Source: Octopus vulgaris (taxonomy: Eukaryota). From it: a DNA stretch of 64,000 nt. How positions within the stretch are numbered: position 1 is the first letter of the stretch; each line of letters opens with the position of its first letter. Shown here one piece after another: positions 12,855 through 25,556 of the stretch. A program made the translations under genes and the position numbers. The notes below the pieces were generated by a model, which was not told where the DNA came from, searched no databases, and worked only from the letters and a program-made list of their open reading frames with translations. Location: positions 19,406,001 to 19,470,000 of the forward strand of contig OX597820.1 in assembly GCA_951406725.2 (NCBI GenBank), read 5' to 3'.

Positions 12855-13345
12855 AGGCGCATGGCTCAGTGGTTAGAGCGTCAGGTTCGGAATTATGAGA
12901 TAAGGAGTTCGATTCCCAGACTGGGCTATGTGTCATATTCTGGAGCAGGGGTCAGAAAACTGGGGAAAATTACCCCAATTGGGATAAAAATGAAATTCTT
13001 GAAAGTAATGAGGACATAAGTAAAATTACATAAGCATGTTCCTTGCTAAGACAGAAATTTTTCTTCTGGCCATATTACATCTGTCCAGTGTAATGGACGT
13101 GTAGATAGATTCCTATAAATAGATTCAATAAACGTTTTGAATTCAAAGCATCTATGATTTTCTTCCTTTCAAATCGGCGTAAATAAATGTATTTGGGGTA
13201 ATTGGTTAAAAAAGTCACCCGACCTCTGTTCTTGAGCAGGACACTTTATTTCATGTTGCTCCAGTTCATTCAGCTGTAGAAATGAATTGTGACATCACTG
13301 GTGCCAAACTGTATTGGCCTTTGCTTTTCCCTTGGATAGTATTAG
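12855..13345 (+). mobile_element. tRNA-derived SINE family D, interrupted by a hAT MITE
   Basis: TGGCTCAGTGG A-box and GAGTTCGATTC B-box; body TTCTTGAGCARGACACTTTATTTC..TTGCTCCAG resumes at 13229. Confidence 0.8.
12946..13228. mobile_element. hAT-like MITE
   Basis: Termini CAGGGGTCAG / CCGACCTCTG; 8-bp TSD TTCTGGAG / TTCTTGAG (1 mismatch). Confidence 0.85.
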
Positions 13346-13995
13346 TTGTCAGTGGATTTGGTAGACAGAAACTGAAAGAAGGCCGCCATATATATATGCA
13401 TATGGTTATGTGTGTCTTTGTGTCCCCCCGCCCACATCGCTTGACAAACAATGTTAGTGTGTTTATGTCCCCGTAATTTAGCAGTTCAGTAAGAGAGACC
13501 AATAGAATAAGTACTAAGCTTGGGGTAGATTTCTTTGACTGTAAAACCTTTCAAGGCGGTGCTCCAGCATGGCTGCAGTCAAATGACTGAAACAAGTAAA
13601 AACTGACAATAATTTTGAAAATTGTGAAGTCTTTAATAGTAACTTGTGAATCCTTGATAGAACTGCATCACCATTCTACTGTGCGGTTCCTTTAAGATTA
13701 AGAATATTTTCGTTATTGTTCTTATCCCTGCACAAATGTCTTTTTCTTTTTCTTTCAATTAATTTCATTTTTCATTTCCAAGATAAAATCAGCCGAATTA
13801 TTTTTATAAAATTTTTCTCCTCCCCTTTTTAATGTAAAAAATATTTTCAACAACAAACTGCAACTAATAACATAATTCTAGATTACAAATTGACTTCTGT
13901 GAAAAATCAAATTACGCCATAGACCGTTATGTTGTGTCTTTAAGCAAGATACTTGACTCTGCTTGCCTTGTGAACAAGCTCAATTCTTAGTTTAA

Positions 13996-14255
13996 CCCTT
14001 TAGCATTTAAACCAGCCATATCCAGCCCAAATTTTCTCAAAACAACTTGTCCGACCGTCCCATAGGCCTTCCCTTTGAGAAACACTGATTCAACGTAAAT
14101 TTGAGACACTGTACATTTTTCTCACGTATGCATAGTATTGGTTGCATTTTAGATTGACATTGTAGGGTAGGTGCGAGAGGCCAGATCTTGCCAGTTTCAA
14201 CATGTAACAGGTTAAATATTTGGGTCGGATATGGCCGGTTTGAATGCTAAAAGGT
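13996..14255. mobile_element. piggyBac-like MITE variant with ~40-bp TIRs
   Basis: TTAA CCCTTTAGCATTTAAACCAGCCATATCCAGCCCAAA ... TTTGGGTCGGATATGGCCGGTTTGAATGCTAAAAGG. Confidence 0.7.
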
Positions 14256-14380
14256 GAACTGATCCTCCTGTGTTTTCTTTTAACCCAAAGTCAGGAATTT
14301 TTCAGCCTTTCACTTATTAGGGGTTAATTTGGTCTACAGGTAATATGTGATCATGAAATGTATTAAGAAGGGATAAATAT

Positions 14381-14621
14381 CCTTTACAAGTCATGCGGAC
14401 TCATAGGGCTGGTTTCCCAGTTTCTGTGACATACATATTCCCCACCTGGATGGGATGCTAGCCTATTGCAGGATTACTCTTTTCTACCAGATGAGTAGAC
14501 TGGAGCAACATAAAATGAAGTGTTTTGCTCAAGAACACAACACATCACCCAGTCCAGGAATTGAAACCACAATCTTATGATCATGAGTCCAACACCCTAA
14601 CCACCAAGCCACATATCTCCC
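14381..14621 (-). mobile_element. tRNA-derived SINE family D with a second tail type
   Basis: D head and body on the minus strand, then CATCCCATCCAGG..GAAACTGGGAAACCAGCCCTATGAG tail. Confidence 0.75.
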
Positions 14622-14946
14622 CATAGAATGTAATACATACAATAAAAACATGTGTACCATATGTGATTCGCAAAGTGTATCACGGATAATTTTTATAATA
14701 GCTTTTGTTAGAATAATCAATTTTATATACAAGCGTATAGTTGATTTACAAGTCTGTATTGATTTCAGGTAGATATTTATTTCAAGATTTATATTATCAT
14801 GTTGGAATAAATAAATTAATTAATTTTCTTCAAATTTGACTATTTTCGAAACAATGACGTTTAAAAATTTATATTCTTTATTTTCTGAGACCTTGGAGAT
14901 TTACCAGCCAAAATGACCTGTGTGCACATGCACACACACACACGTT

Positions 14947-14995
<49 letters not shown>

Positions 14996-15167
14996 GATAT
15001 GTATATATATATATATATAAATGTTTGTTTTTACAATAATCTGATGGGTTATGCTATATTTTTGTAGAGTACAAATTTATTATTCTTATGCAAGTCTGTT
15101 GTTGACAGGGACTTCAAAGTTTGTGTGTGTGTGTATGTATATATAATACACACACACACACACACAG

Positions 15168-15198
<31 letters not shown>

Positions 15199-15739
15199 TA
15201 TATACCTGTTACTCCTTGTTACTCTTGTGGTCGATGCTGGTTTGCTTAAATCCCCGTAGCTTAGCGGTTTGGCAAAAGAGATCGATAGAATAAGTACAAG
15301 GCTTCCACAGAATAAGTCCTGGGCTCGATTTGCTTGACTAAAGGTGGTGCTCCAGCATGGCCACAGTCAAATGACTGAAACAAGTAAAAGAGTAAAAGAG
15401 AGTAAGAGTATACCAGCTTAATATTAAGTTATTTCACTAAATTCTTCGTTATTTTTACAATTAACCAAAACAAACATTGTATTTCAACAGAAGTGTGGTA
15501 AGAAAAGAGTTAACCATTCTGATACCAATTTGCAGGAGATTTATGATATAAACTTCCCATTTTAAAGGGATCTAAATTATAAGTAAATTTTTCATCAAAA
15601 TTTCATCTTAGTTTTTGCTCCAAATCCCAGTAAAATAATGACCAAGTTATTTAACTAAATTCTTTATTTTCAAAATTAAGCGAAACAAAGTGTGTTTTAA
15701 CAGAAATATGCTAACAAAGAAGTTAAGGCTTTTGATATC

Positions 15740-16149
15740 AGCTAGGCAGAATCGTTAGCACACCGGGCAAAATGCTCAGCGGTATTTCATCTGCCGTTAC
15801 GTTCCGAGTTCAAATTCCGCCGAGGTCGACTTTGCCTTTCATCCTTTCGGGGTCGATTAAATAAGTACCAGTTACGCACTTGGGTCGATATAATCGGCTT
15901 AATCCATTTGTCTGTCCCTGTTTGTCCTCTCTGTGTTTAGCCCCTTGTGGGTAGTAAAGAAATAGGTATTTCGTCTGCCGCTACGTTCTGAGTTCAAATT
16001 CCGCCGAGGTTAACTTTGCCTATCATCGTTTCGGGGTCGATTAAATAAGTACCAGTTATGCACTGGGGTCAATGTAGTCGACTTAATCCGTTTGTCTGTC
16101 CTTGTTTGTCCTCTCTGTGTTTAGCCCCTTGTGAGTAGTAAAGAAATAG
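15740..16149 (+). mobile_element. family B SINE dimer
   Basis: Full monomer plus 5'-truncated second monomer joined at AAAGAAATAG|GTATTTCGTCTG; splits a family F MITE. Confidence 0.9.
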
Positions 16150-17029
16150 GTTTTATGATAAAAACTTATCATTTTAAAAGTGAGCTAAATTAAAATCTTC
16201 CATCAAAATTTCTCGTTAGTTTATGTTCTAAACTCCAGTTTAATAATGACATAATTGTTTTGCTAAATTCTTCATAATTTCCAAAAATTAACCGAAATAA
16301 AATTAAATGTATTTCAATAGAAATATGGTAACAAGAGAGTGAAATCTTTCTTTTATATCACAGACACATCTCCGAGTTGGTTTCATTTATTTATTAGTAA
16401 ATGACTGAGACAGTTCAAGTGAAAGAAATCCAAAGACTTTGTACTGCAACATTTATTTAAAATAATAAATAATAAATCTCTGTTACTAGTAAATTATAGT
16501 TTTTAGCTGTAGCTAAAGTAGTTGATGATTTGTTTTGTATTCTTTCAGAAGATAGTTGAAAAAAGAAACACACACACACACATAAACACACACACACACA
16601 CACACACACATATATGGCTAAATCAACATAATCAACATTTAATAATACAACTGTACAAAGCTAGCTATCTTATTGGTTGCTGTAAATAAAATAATTTCCA
16701 CTAATTTCATGCAATTATCTCTTTTAAATGGATATATTATTGATTAATTCATAATTTTCACTTTTTTTCACAAAAATAAAAGATATTACATCTAGCTATT
16801 ATTTGTTCTGCTAACTTTCTTATGAACTAACTGATACTCTTTCTCTCTCACACACCTATTTGTTTGAATGTGTGTGCTGTCCATTGTTGGTTAACATTTT
16901 TTAAAAGAAAATAAATAAATAAATAAAAAATCACCCATTTTCTCCCCCCCTTCCTTCATTCCTGTCATCTTTTGTCCTCATCTTTCTCCAGCGATGATTT
17001 TAGCAGAGAAAGAATGTAGCACTCTGCCA

Positions 17030-17355
17030 TTATAATTTATGATGAAGTTAGATGTAATTAAAATTATCATTCATAATGTTCCCTCTATGTAGTTTATTTT
17101 TATATATATGAAACCTATGGTATGTATATGTAATATATATATGTGTGTATGTACAGAACCTTAAGTACACGTTTTAAAAGATTGCATATAGACTCTTATA
17201 ATTTATGATAAAGTTAGATGTAATTAAAATTATCATTCATAATATTCCTTATATGTAGTTTAGTTTATATATATGAAACCTATGGTATGTATATGTAATA
17301 TATGTGTGTATGTATAGAACCTTAGGTACATGTTTTAAAAGATTGCATATAGACT
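17030..17355. repeat. ~165-bp direct tandem duplication
   Basis: 17030-17195 and 17196-17355 are highly similar and both start TTATAATTTATGAT. Confidence 0.9.
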
Positions 17356-17924
17356 ATTAGAAACCTTTTCAGCATTTCTTCCTAATAATGAACCTAAGAA
17401 AAGTGCTTGGAATTTTATTCAGGTATTGAGAGAATTTATCATGGAAATTAGATATCTTAATTGAATTGCATTTGAAAAATCTAATTGTCTTTTTTTTTTT
17501 CTTAAAAAAAAAAAAAAATTGAAAGTAATGTCTGAATGTCAACATTTCAAATATTGTTTATCTCAAAAAGTGTCCACTTCACTAGTCAGATGTGCTGCAG
17601 GAAGGAAATAAACGAGTTATTTGTCTTAATTATTGTCTGCGAGAAACAGGCAATCTTTTGCCAGAGGAGCATAAACAGAACAACTCAGAATATCTTTTTC
17701 TGGAAGGAATGAAACCAGATAGCATTTGACTATTGTCATCCACCACCACCACCACCACCTTTTTTCTGTAACTCTACTTAGCATGATTAAGCTGATGATG
17801 ATGATGGTGGTGTTGTTAGTGCTGGTGATGCTAGTGATGCTGCTTACAAAATAATTGGTCCTGTATTGTGCATACCATCTCAAAGTTTGCAAAGAGTTTG
17901 AAGGTGCTAACCTACTTTATACTT

Positions 17925-18327
17925 ATTTCTGTACTACCCACAAGGGGCAAAACACAGAGAGGACGAATGGATTAAGTCGATTATATCGACCCCAGTGCAT
18001 AACTGGTACTTAATTTATTGACCCCAAAAGGATGAAAGGCGAAGTCGACCTCAGTGGAATTTGAACTCAGAACGTAGTGGCAGACAAAATACCTATTTCT
18101 TTACTACCCACAAGGGGCTAAACACAGAGAGGACAAACAAGGACAGACAAACGGATTAAGTCGATTATATCGACCCCAGTGCATAACTGGTACTTAATTT
18201 ATTGACCCCGAAAGGATGAAAGGCAAAGTCGACCTCGGCGGAATTTGAACTCACAACGTAGCGGCGGATGAAATACAGCTACACATTTTGCCCGGTGCGC
18301 TAACATATCTGCCAGTTCGTCACCTTC
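17925..18327 (-). mobile_element. family B SINE dimer flanked by a 71-bp direct repeat
   Basis: Same dimer junction as 15740-16149; flanks 17854-17924 and 18328-18398 are near-identical. Confidence 0.9.
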
Positions 18328-19098
18328 ATTGGTCCTCTATTGTGATACCATTCTCAAAGTTTGCAAAGAGTTTGAAGGCACTAACCTACTTTATACTTTA
18401 AAATTAGTAATGATCTTATTGTATATAGTGCTCAGGTGCACTGCAACTCATCAGAAAAAGCATGGACAGTACATAGAATATGCACAGGAAGTGAACAGTG
18501 AAAAAGCCTGAAGTTAAAAATGGGAGGAACTAGAAGAAATGGGGATGGAGAGAATAAGGTGAAAGCATGGAAGTTTTGAAGGATGTAGTGTCTTAGGAGT
18601 GGTTGTCCGACCCATACCAGCATGGGAAATAGACATTAAATGATGATGTTGATGAAAGAGCCAAATAATAAATTAAATAGCTGGACCCTATTTTCATCTG
18701 CATAGAACCACTTCTATGACTTCTAGTTGAAATAAATAAAGTTATTCATTAAACGAACAAGATATTATGAAAACTATTGTTTTGCACGGAAAACCAAAAA
18801 CCAAAAAAAAACAAAGAAAAGTAATTATGATAATTTTTGCTTGAGTAAGTTTATTTTTGTGAAGGTAATTAAAATTTACTGACCTCTAAATGAAGAGATA
18901 TAATTGAACATGATATGATATAAAGACTCAGAGACTTATTTTGGTAGATTGCTTTATGTAGAGTTATTTTGGCATTGCAAGTGTTTCTGTATCTGTGAAA
19001 ACCTATGTATCCAGTCCCCTTGTCTGGGCTCTCTTACAAGGTCAGAGCATCAGTTCTCTTGCTAGGTAAACCTTTCTGAAATGGAAAGATTCCTTAGA

Positions 19099-19558
19099 TC
19101 ATCATCATCATCATCAACGTTTAACGTCCGCTTTCCATGCTAGCATGGGTTGGACGATTTTGACTGAGGGCTGGCGAACCAGATGGTTGCACCAGTCTCC
19201 AATCTTGATTTGGCAGAGTTTCTACAGCTGGATGCCCTTCCTAACGCCAACCACTCCGAGAGTATAGTGGGTGCTTTTTTACGTGCCACCGGCACGGGGG
19301 GCCAGTCAGGCAGTACTGGCAACGACCTCGCTCGAATCCTTTTACACATGCCACCAGCACAGGTGCCAGTAAGGTGACTTTGGTAACGATCACGCTCAAA
19401 TGGTGCCCTTTTACGTGCCACTGGCACGGAAGCCAGTTGGCTACTCTGGCAACGATCACACTCGGATGGTGCTCTTGGCACCTTACTAGCACGGGCACAA
19501 GTGCCAGTAAGGCGACGCTGGCAACGATCACGCTCGAATGGTGCCCTTTAAATGCCAC
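19099..19558 (-). mobile_element. SINE family C with several 5' tandem subrepeats
   Basis: (CAT)n tail, C core, then about five ~55-60-bp GGCAACGATCACGCTCG..GGTG..TTTTACGTGCCA-type units. Confidence 0.85.
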
Positions 19559-20133
19559 TTAGATAGACAAAGGAAATTTTATATCTCATCTCCTTAAAGT
19601 TAAAGTGTTCAGGACTACTGTACCAAGTTAAGGTTATCATTTGGTTTCTTATATTCTGTGAATTCCTAAGCTTGAAGAATAAGTTCAAATGCATTGAAAT
19701 ATGGATTGTCTTCAGCCGACTACTATCAATTCTGCTGTTGGTTCTGTTTCTTGGTGTGCTTCTTACTTCAATCTTCCTTCTACTATGCTTTCAAAAAGAC
19801 CAGAAATCTTATTATTCCACATCAAATTCTGTAAAATTTACCAAAACATCTATTGAAATTCATTCGTATCAATATTATCATCATGGTTTGTCATCATCAA
19901 AGAAATGATGGTAAGATTGAAAAGGACGTTTTTTTGTTTGTTTTTTTCAGTTTCACTTTATTTTATTTTTGGTTTTGTTTGTTTGTTTGTTTTATCCGCA
20001 CTTTCTTAAATAATATGATTGCATCTTCCACAGAATGTTGCCAGCGTATCATCTATTCCTTACTTTTTTTTTTTTTTCCAGAGACCATTTCAGATTTGAT
20101 ATGCAAACCATTTTCACATATGTACAGCCATCT

Positions 20134-20138
<5 letters not shown>

Positions 20139-20225
<87 letters not shown>

Positions 20226-20252
20226 TTTTTTTTTTTTTTTTTTTTTTTTTTC
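20139..20252. repeat. (ATT)n followed by poly(T)
   Basis: Directly visible. Confidence 0.95.
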
Positions 20253-20811
20253 TTTACCAAAGATGATAATATATGAGAGAGAAAGGAATATGTAACGCAG
20301 TGATTTAGAGTAAAGAACTTGCAGCTACAAAAATCAAAGAACTGCATTAAAGTTTTTTTTTTTTGTTCTTTCCTTACCATCGGTTTGGTAGTGTCTCATA
20401 TTTCCTGCTAGTTATGTTTTTTTTCTTTCCTTCATTCATCAAAATTTCAAATGCGCCATTAAATGCTTCCCAAATTCGCTCTTCTTTACCCTTAAGAATA
20501 GCAGTTTGCACAACAAGTGCATGGGGAAAAAAATAATGGATAACAATAGAATATTCCAACGGAAACAATTGGTTTCACAAATTATTCAAAATACGATTTA
20601 ACTCTTTTTTGCCCTTAACCTTCTACTTGTTTTTGCTCATTGGACTGCAGCCATGCCAGGGGCATGACCTTGAAGGGTTTAGTTGAACGACTTGACCCCT
20701 GTATTTATTTCAAGTCTTGTACTTATTCTGTTTCTCTCTTTTGTTGAACTGTAAAGTTACAGGGAAATAAGCAGGTGGTGGTGGTCAGGGGGAGAAACTA
20801 AGAACAGATAC

Positions 20812-20844
<33 letters not shown>

Positions 20845-20846
20845 TA

Positions 20847-21070
20847 TTCTTTTACTCTTTTACTTGTTTCAGTCATTTGACTGTGGCCATCCTGGAGCAC
20901 TGCCTTGAGATATATATATATGTATATGATGGGCTTCTTTCAGTTTTTGTCTACCAACTCCACTCACAAAGTTTTGGTCAGTCTGAGGCTTTATATGGCC
21001 CAAGGTGCCATGCAGTGGAACTGAACCCAGAACCATCTGGCTGGGAAGCAAACTTCTTACTACATAGCCA
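20847..21070 (-). mobile_element. family A SINE, internally deleted
   Basis: Tail and head of family A joined through a TA run. Confidence 0.75.
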
Positions 21071-21446
21071 CACACACACATGATGGGCTTCATTACAGTT
21101 TCTGTCTGCCAAATTTGCTCGTAATGCATTGGTCAGCCTGTGGACTGTAGCAGAAGATTTGTGCTCAGTGTGCCATACGATTGGGACTGAACCTGAAACC
21201 ACATGGAGATACTTCACAAAAATATCTTTCATGATTCACTGATATTAGCTTTTCAAAAGCCAGACAATTATTTTCACCATCAATCTTTTTAAAGCACATT
21301 CAAAAACAACGTAATAAACTTAGCAACATGTCTTATGCATCCGTACACTTCATCACCTTCCATTCCTTAGTTTTCTCTGACACTTTATTCTTTGAGTCTT
21401 CCCATTTTTCTTCTTCTGATACATATTACTATCTAATTTAGGAATC

Positions 21447-21627
21447 ATATACGTATTAGAGGGAAACCACTATGTGGACACCCTTATGTTAGAAATAGAT
21501 CCGCTATGGTCTTACCACTAAGAAATGTTTTCAAGAAAAATTTAGCAATTTCTTAGTGGTAAGACCATAGCAGATCTATTTCTAGCATAAGGGTGTCCCC
21601 ATAGTGGTTTCCCTCTAATATGTATAT
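21447..21627. repeat. 80-bp-arm inverted repeat (hairpin, 21-nt loop)
   Basis: 21447-21526 is the reverse complement of 21548-21627 with 4 differences. Confidence 0.95.
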
Positions 21628-21670
21628 AATACAATTTTACTGAACCTTCAGTTTTTTTATATGCTAGACC

Positions 21671-21936
21671 ACTGGGTAGAAAGGGCTCCTTAGCCGTAGT
21701 GAAGGCAATCTATCTAGGGAAATAACCTTACAATAAATCACTGGGTCCGTAGCTTAGAAATACTGGGTTGACGTCCAGCGGGAACAGCTTTGTTTCATGG
21801 AGGAGGAAAGATCTTCTTTAGTACTTGGTTGTACAATGCTTTCCAATGTGTGTAGTAGTGACACGCGCACACATTATTAGCCATCTGAAAAGACTATGAA
21901 AGTCTTGACCACGGTCGAACAATGATGATGATGATG
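21671..21936 (+). mobile_element. non-autonomous bipartite RTE-type retroposon
   Basis: No tRNA head; 5' part GGGCTCCTTAGCC..GGCAATCTATCTAGG resembles RTE 5' UTRs; 3' end GTCTTGACCACGGTCGAACAA(TGA)n matches the RTE fragment at 30631-30820. Confidence 0.65.
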
Positions 21937-22020
21937 GTGTGAAATCGATGTTAATTAAATTAATATCTAATTTCTCACCCTCGTTTTAAATTTTAATTTG
22001 GGAATCAAATAGTTCACCCA

Positions 22021-22757
22021 TGCAGGTGGCACATAAAAGCACCTTTCGAGCATTGGGCCTCATGGAGGCAATATGACCAAGGCCAGTGGCATGTGAAAAG
22101 CACCTTTCAAGTGTTAGGCCTCACAGAGGCAATGATATATGACCGAGACCTTTGGCAATATGCCGTGCTTTGAATAGAAGACCCATCAAGCCAAGTGGAA
22201 TTGCAGTCATGGCAGATACTGGGTGTCACGCAGCTGGTACCCATGCCAGTGGCATGTAAAAGCACCCATTACACTTTTGGAGTGGTTGGCATTAGGAAGG
22301 GCATCCAGCTGTAGAAGCCAAGCCAAATCAGACTGGTGTCTGGTGCAGTCCCTCAGCTTACCAGCTCTGGTCAAACTGTCCAACTCATGCCAGCATGGAC
22401 AACGGATGTTAAATGATGATGACGATGGTGATTGTTGTCCTATCGTTTGCTGTGACATGTTAAAAGCACCGTCCGAATGTGGCAGATGCCAGCACCGCCT
22501 GACTGGCATCCGTGTTCGTGACACGTAAAAGCACCAACCGATCGTGGCCGTTTGCCAGCCTCGTCTGGCACCTGTGCCGGTAGCACGTAAAAATCACCCA
22601 CTACACTCGCGGAGTGGTTGGTGTTAGGAAGGGCATCCAGCTGTAGAAACACTGCCAGATTAGATTGGAGCCTGGTGCAGCTTCCTGGCTTTCCAGACCC
22701 CAGTTGAACTGTCCAACCTATGTTAGCACGGAAAACGGACATTAAACGATGATGATG
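22021..22757 (+). mobile_element. two tandem family C SINE copies
   Basis: C cores near 22260-22428 and 22585-22757, each ending in (GAT)n and preceded by subrepeats. Confidence 0.85.
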
Positions 22758-23394
22758 AGGATGTCTGCAGTAGGCTATGTCTTTTGGGCATTTAGCAGAG
22801 ATCCTCATACTGACCTCTCTCTCTCTCTCTCTCTTTCCTTTCTTTTCCTTATATTCTAAACCGATAATCATTCTGCAAATGAAAGTAGAGATTCCATCAT
22901 TCTATAGATTTATAATAATACCCACAGTTAATAGTTGTTTGCAAAACATGACTCTGTAGCTTAGCTTTTGCCTTTATTCTTAATGCTAGGTAACAATCCT
23001 GCCAGGCTGTGTGATTAAAAACTTCCTTGGATTTTCTCTCCTTAATTGCACAGTTACTTGATGACGAGCCATTGGCCTGCTACAGAAATGGCTTCTTTTT
23101 TAACTTAGTTGCTATGAATTGAAGACATCTTTATATTATAATATGCGTGTGTGTATGTGTTATGAACTGAAGGAGTCTGTATATGATATTCATGGGTGTA
23201 TGTGCGTATGCTGTTAATTGAAGAAGTCTTTTCATGTAATAAGCATGCTTGTGTGTTTGTGTGTATATATACATATGTATACACACACTCGTATGTATGC
23301 ACTCTCCTGCATGCTTATACACAATCTGTTTAATTTCAGTGAATGCTTCAAACATACAAATAATTAAGTCTTCCATAATTTCTAAAAGTAATTT

Positions 23395-23570
23395 TATGTA
23401 TGTATATATGTATGTATATATGTGTATATATGTGTGTCTGTATATTTATATATGTATATATATGTATGTATATTTACATTTGTATATATATGTATGTGTA
23501 TGTATATATATATATGATTATATGTATATATACATGTATGTATATATGCATGTATATATGTATATATGTC
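23395..23570. repeat. degenerate (TA)/(TATG) microsatellite
   Basis: Directly visible. Confidence 0.9.
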
Positions 23571-23731
23571 TTCATCATTTAACATCCGTCTTCCATGCTA
23601 GTATGGGTGGGACAGTACCACAAGAACTGGCCAGGCTGAAGCCTGCACCAGACTTCTGAGTCTGTATTGGCAGGATTTTTACAGCTGGATGCTCTTTTTA
23701 ACACCAACCACTCAGCAGAGTATATATGATA

Positions 23732-23794
<63 letters not shown>

Positions 23795-24066
23795 CAGGCT
23801 TCTTTCAGTTTCTGTATATCAAATCTGCTCACAAGGCTTTGGTCAACCCAAGGCTATAGTAGAAGACACTTGCCCATCTTTAAAGGAAAATTTATAAATC
23901 CTCATCCGTGTTAAGTTAGTTTAATTATGATACCTCAGTTTCAACTCACTGGGTGCTAGGCATAGCAACTAGATAAAAGGATAGTAGGGGAGGGCGCTAC
24001 AAGGAAAAATAATTAAGCACCACTGATTTGCAATGTTTTGAATTAATCATGCATTATCTCAAAGCT

Positions 24067-24378
24067 GTATCTAACAATCACAATCATGAGATTGTGGGTT
24101 CGATTCCCAGATCAGGTTGTGTGTTGCGTTCTTGAGCAAGACTCTTTATTTCTCGTTGCTCCAGTGCACTCAGCTGTAGAAATGAGTAGCAGTGTTACTG
24201 GTGCCAAGATTTATCAATCTTTGCCTTTCCTTTGGATAACATTGATAACATAGCATGGAGAAGGGAGGCTTGTATTCATGGGCAACTGCTGGTCTTCCAT
24301 AAACAACCTTGCCTAGACTTGTATCTCAGAGGGTAACTTTCTGGGTGCAATCCGGTCATTCGTGACCAAAGGGGGTCT
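24067..24378 (+). mobile_element. family D SINE (third tail type) inserted in a family E MITE
   Basis: B-box GGTTCGATTCC and D body; flanked by TTATCTCAAAGCT / TTATCTCACAGCT duplication. Confidence 0.75.
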
Positions 24379-25106
24379 TTATCTCACAGCTTCAAGATTT
24401 CAGTGATGTGATTGTTTATTCTTGGAATGAAATTGTACATAAAACATAAACCAAATAGAATATTTAGGTCGAATATGGCTGGTTAAAATGCTAAAGTGTT
24501 AATTAGGGCTGACCTAGAGCTAAACAACCAAACATCTATCTTAGAACTAACTTGCTTCTCTTCATCTAAAACCTGCTTTCTTCATTGTCCTCTTTATCGA
24601 AAGAAAACCTACTTTGTTGCTGAACACCACAAAGCACTGAGTTGGTTCATTTTAAAAAAATCTTTTGAAGAAACATTTACTTTCATGGACACCAACAGCT
24701 GTAACTATAGAAAATGGTGATTGATGTGGCTGCATTCCCATGTCCTTCAAGTCCTTGTTTGAGATTCTCAATACTATTGTCCAGTAAAGATCACTTTCTG
24801 ATTGATTTTTTTTCTACTTATTTTATGCTGGCCTGCTCATGGTAAATCACTGATCACTGTTCACTTTGTGATTGTCAACAAGCGATCAAATATTTTATAT
24901 ATTGTTCACATATTTTGTATACTGCACCAATGGAGGTTCTTAGTGAATGGGTCAGCCTCTTTGAAATACTCAACTTTTATGTTGTTTTTTTTTTTTTTTC
25001 TGCATCTGCAAATCGTAGGGTGTTTGGTATGCTAGAAGTAACAGTCAAATCTTTCTCAAATTGCATGCTATCATCTACAATGAGGAAAGGATTTTATCCC
25101 ACTATG

Positions 25107-25348
25107 TACTCTTTACTCTCTCTCTTTTACTCTTTTACTTGTTTCAGTCATTTGACTGTGGCCATGCTGGAGCAGCGCCTTTAGTCGAACAAATTGACCC
25201 TGGGACATATTCTTTGTAAGCCTAGTACTTATTCTATCGGTCTCTTTTGCCAAACTGCTAAGTTACAGGGACGTAAACACACCAGCATTGGTTGTCAAGC
25301 AATGTTGGGGGGACAAACAAGGACACACAAACATATACACACACATAC

Positions 25349-25380
<32 letters not shown>

Positions 25381-25556
25381 CATACATATATACGATGGGC
25401 TTCTTTCAGTTTCCGTCTATCAAATCCACCTACAAGGCTTTGGTCGGCCCGAGGCTATAGTAGAAGACACTTGACCAAGATGTCACGCAGTGGGACTGAA
25501 TCCAGAACCATGTGGTTGGTGAGCAAGCTACTTACCACACAGCCACTCCTGCACCT
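25107..25556 (-). mobile_element. family A SINE, full length
   Basis: Reverse complement of 1017-1432. Confidence 0.9.

Noticed and set aside
12855-12925. tRNA gene
   Set aside because: It has A and B boxes but no closing acceptor stem and continues into a SINE body; the same applies to the other tRNA-like heads
19270-19558. CRISPR-like array, or HDV-like ribozyme, in the family C subrepeats
   Set aside because: Whole units repeat without unique spacers, the context is eukaryotic and there are no cas genes; I could not build the HDV nested double pseudoknot (P2 and L3 consensus missing)
19672-19908. 78-aa membrane-protein-like ORF
   Set aside because: TTG start, hydrophobicity explained by T/C-rich composition, no recognisable homology
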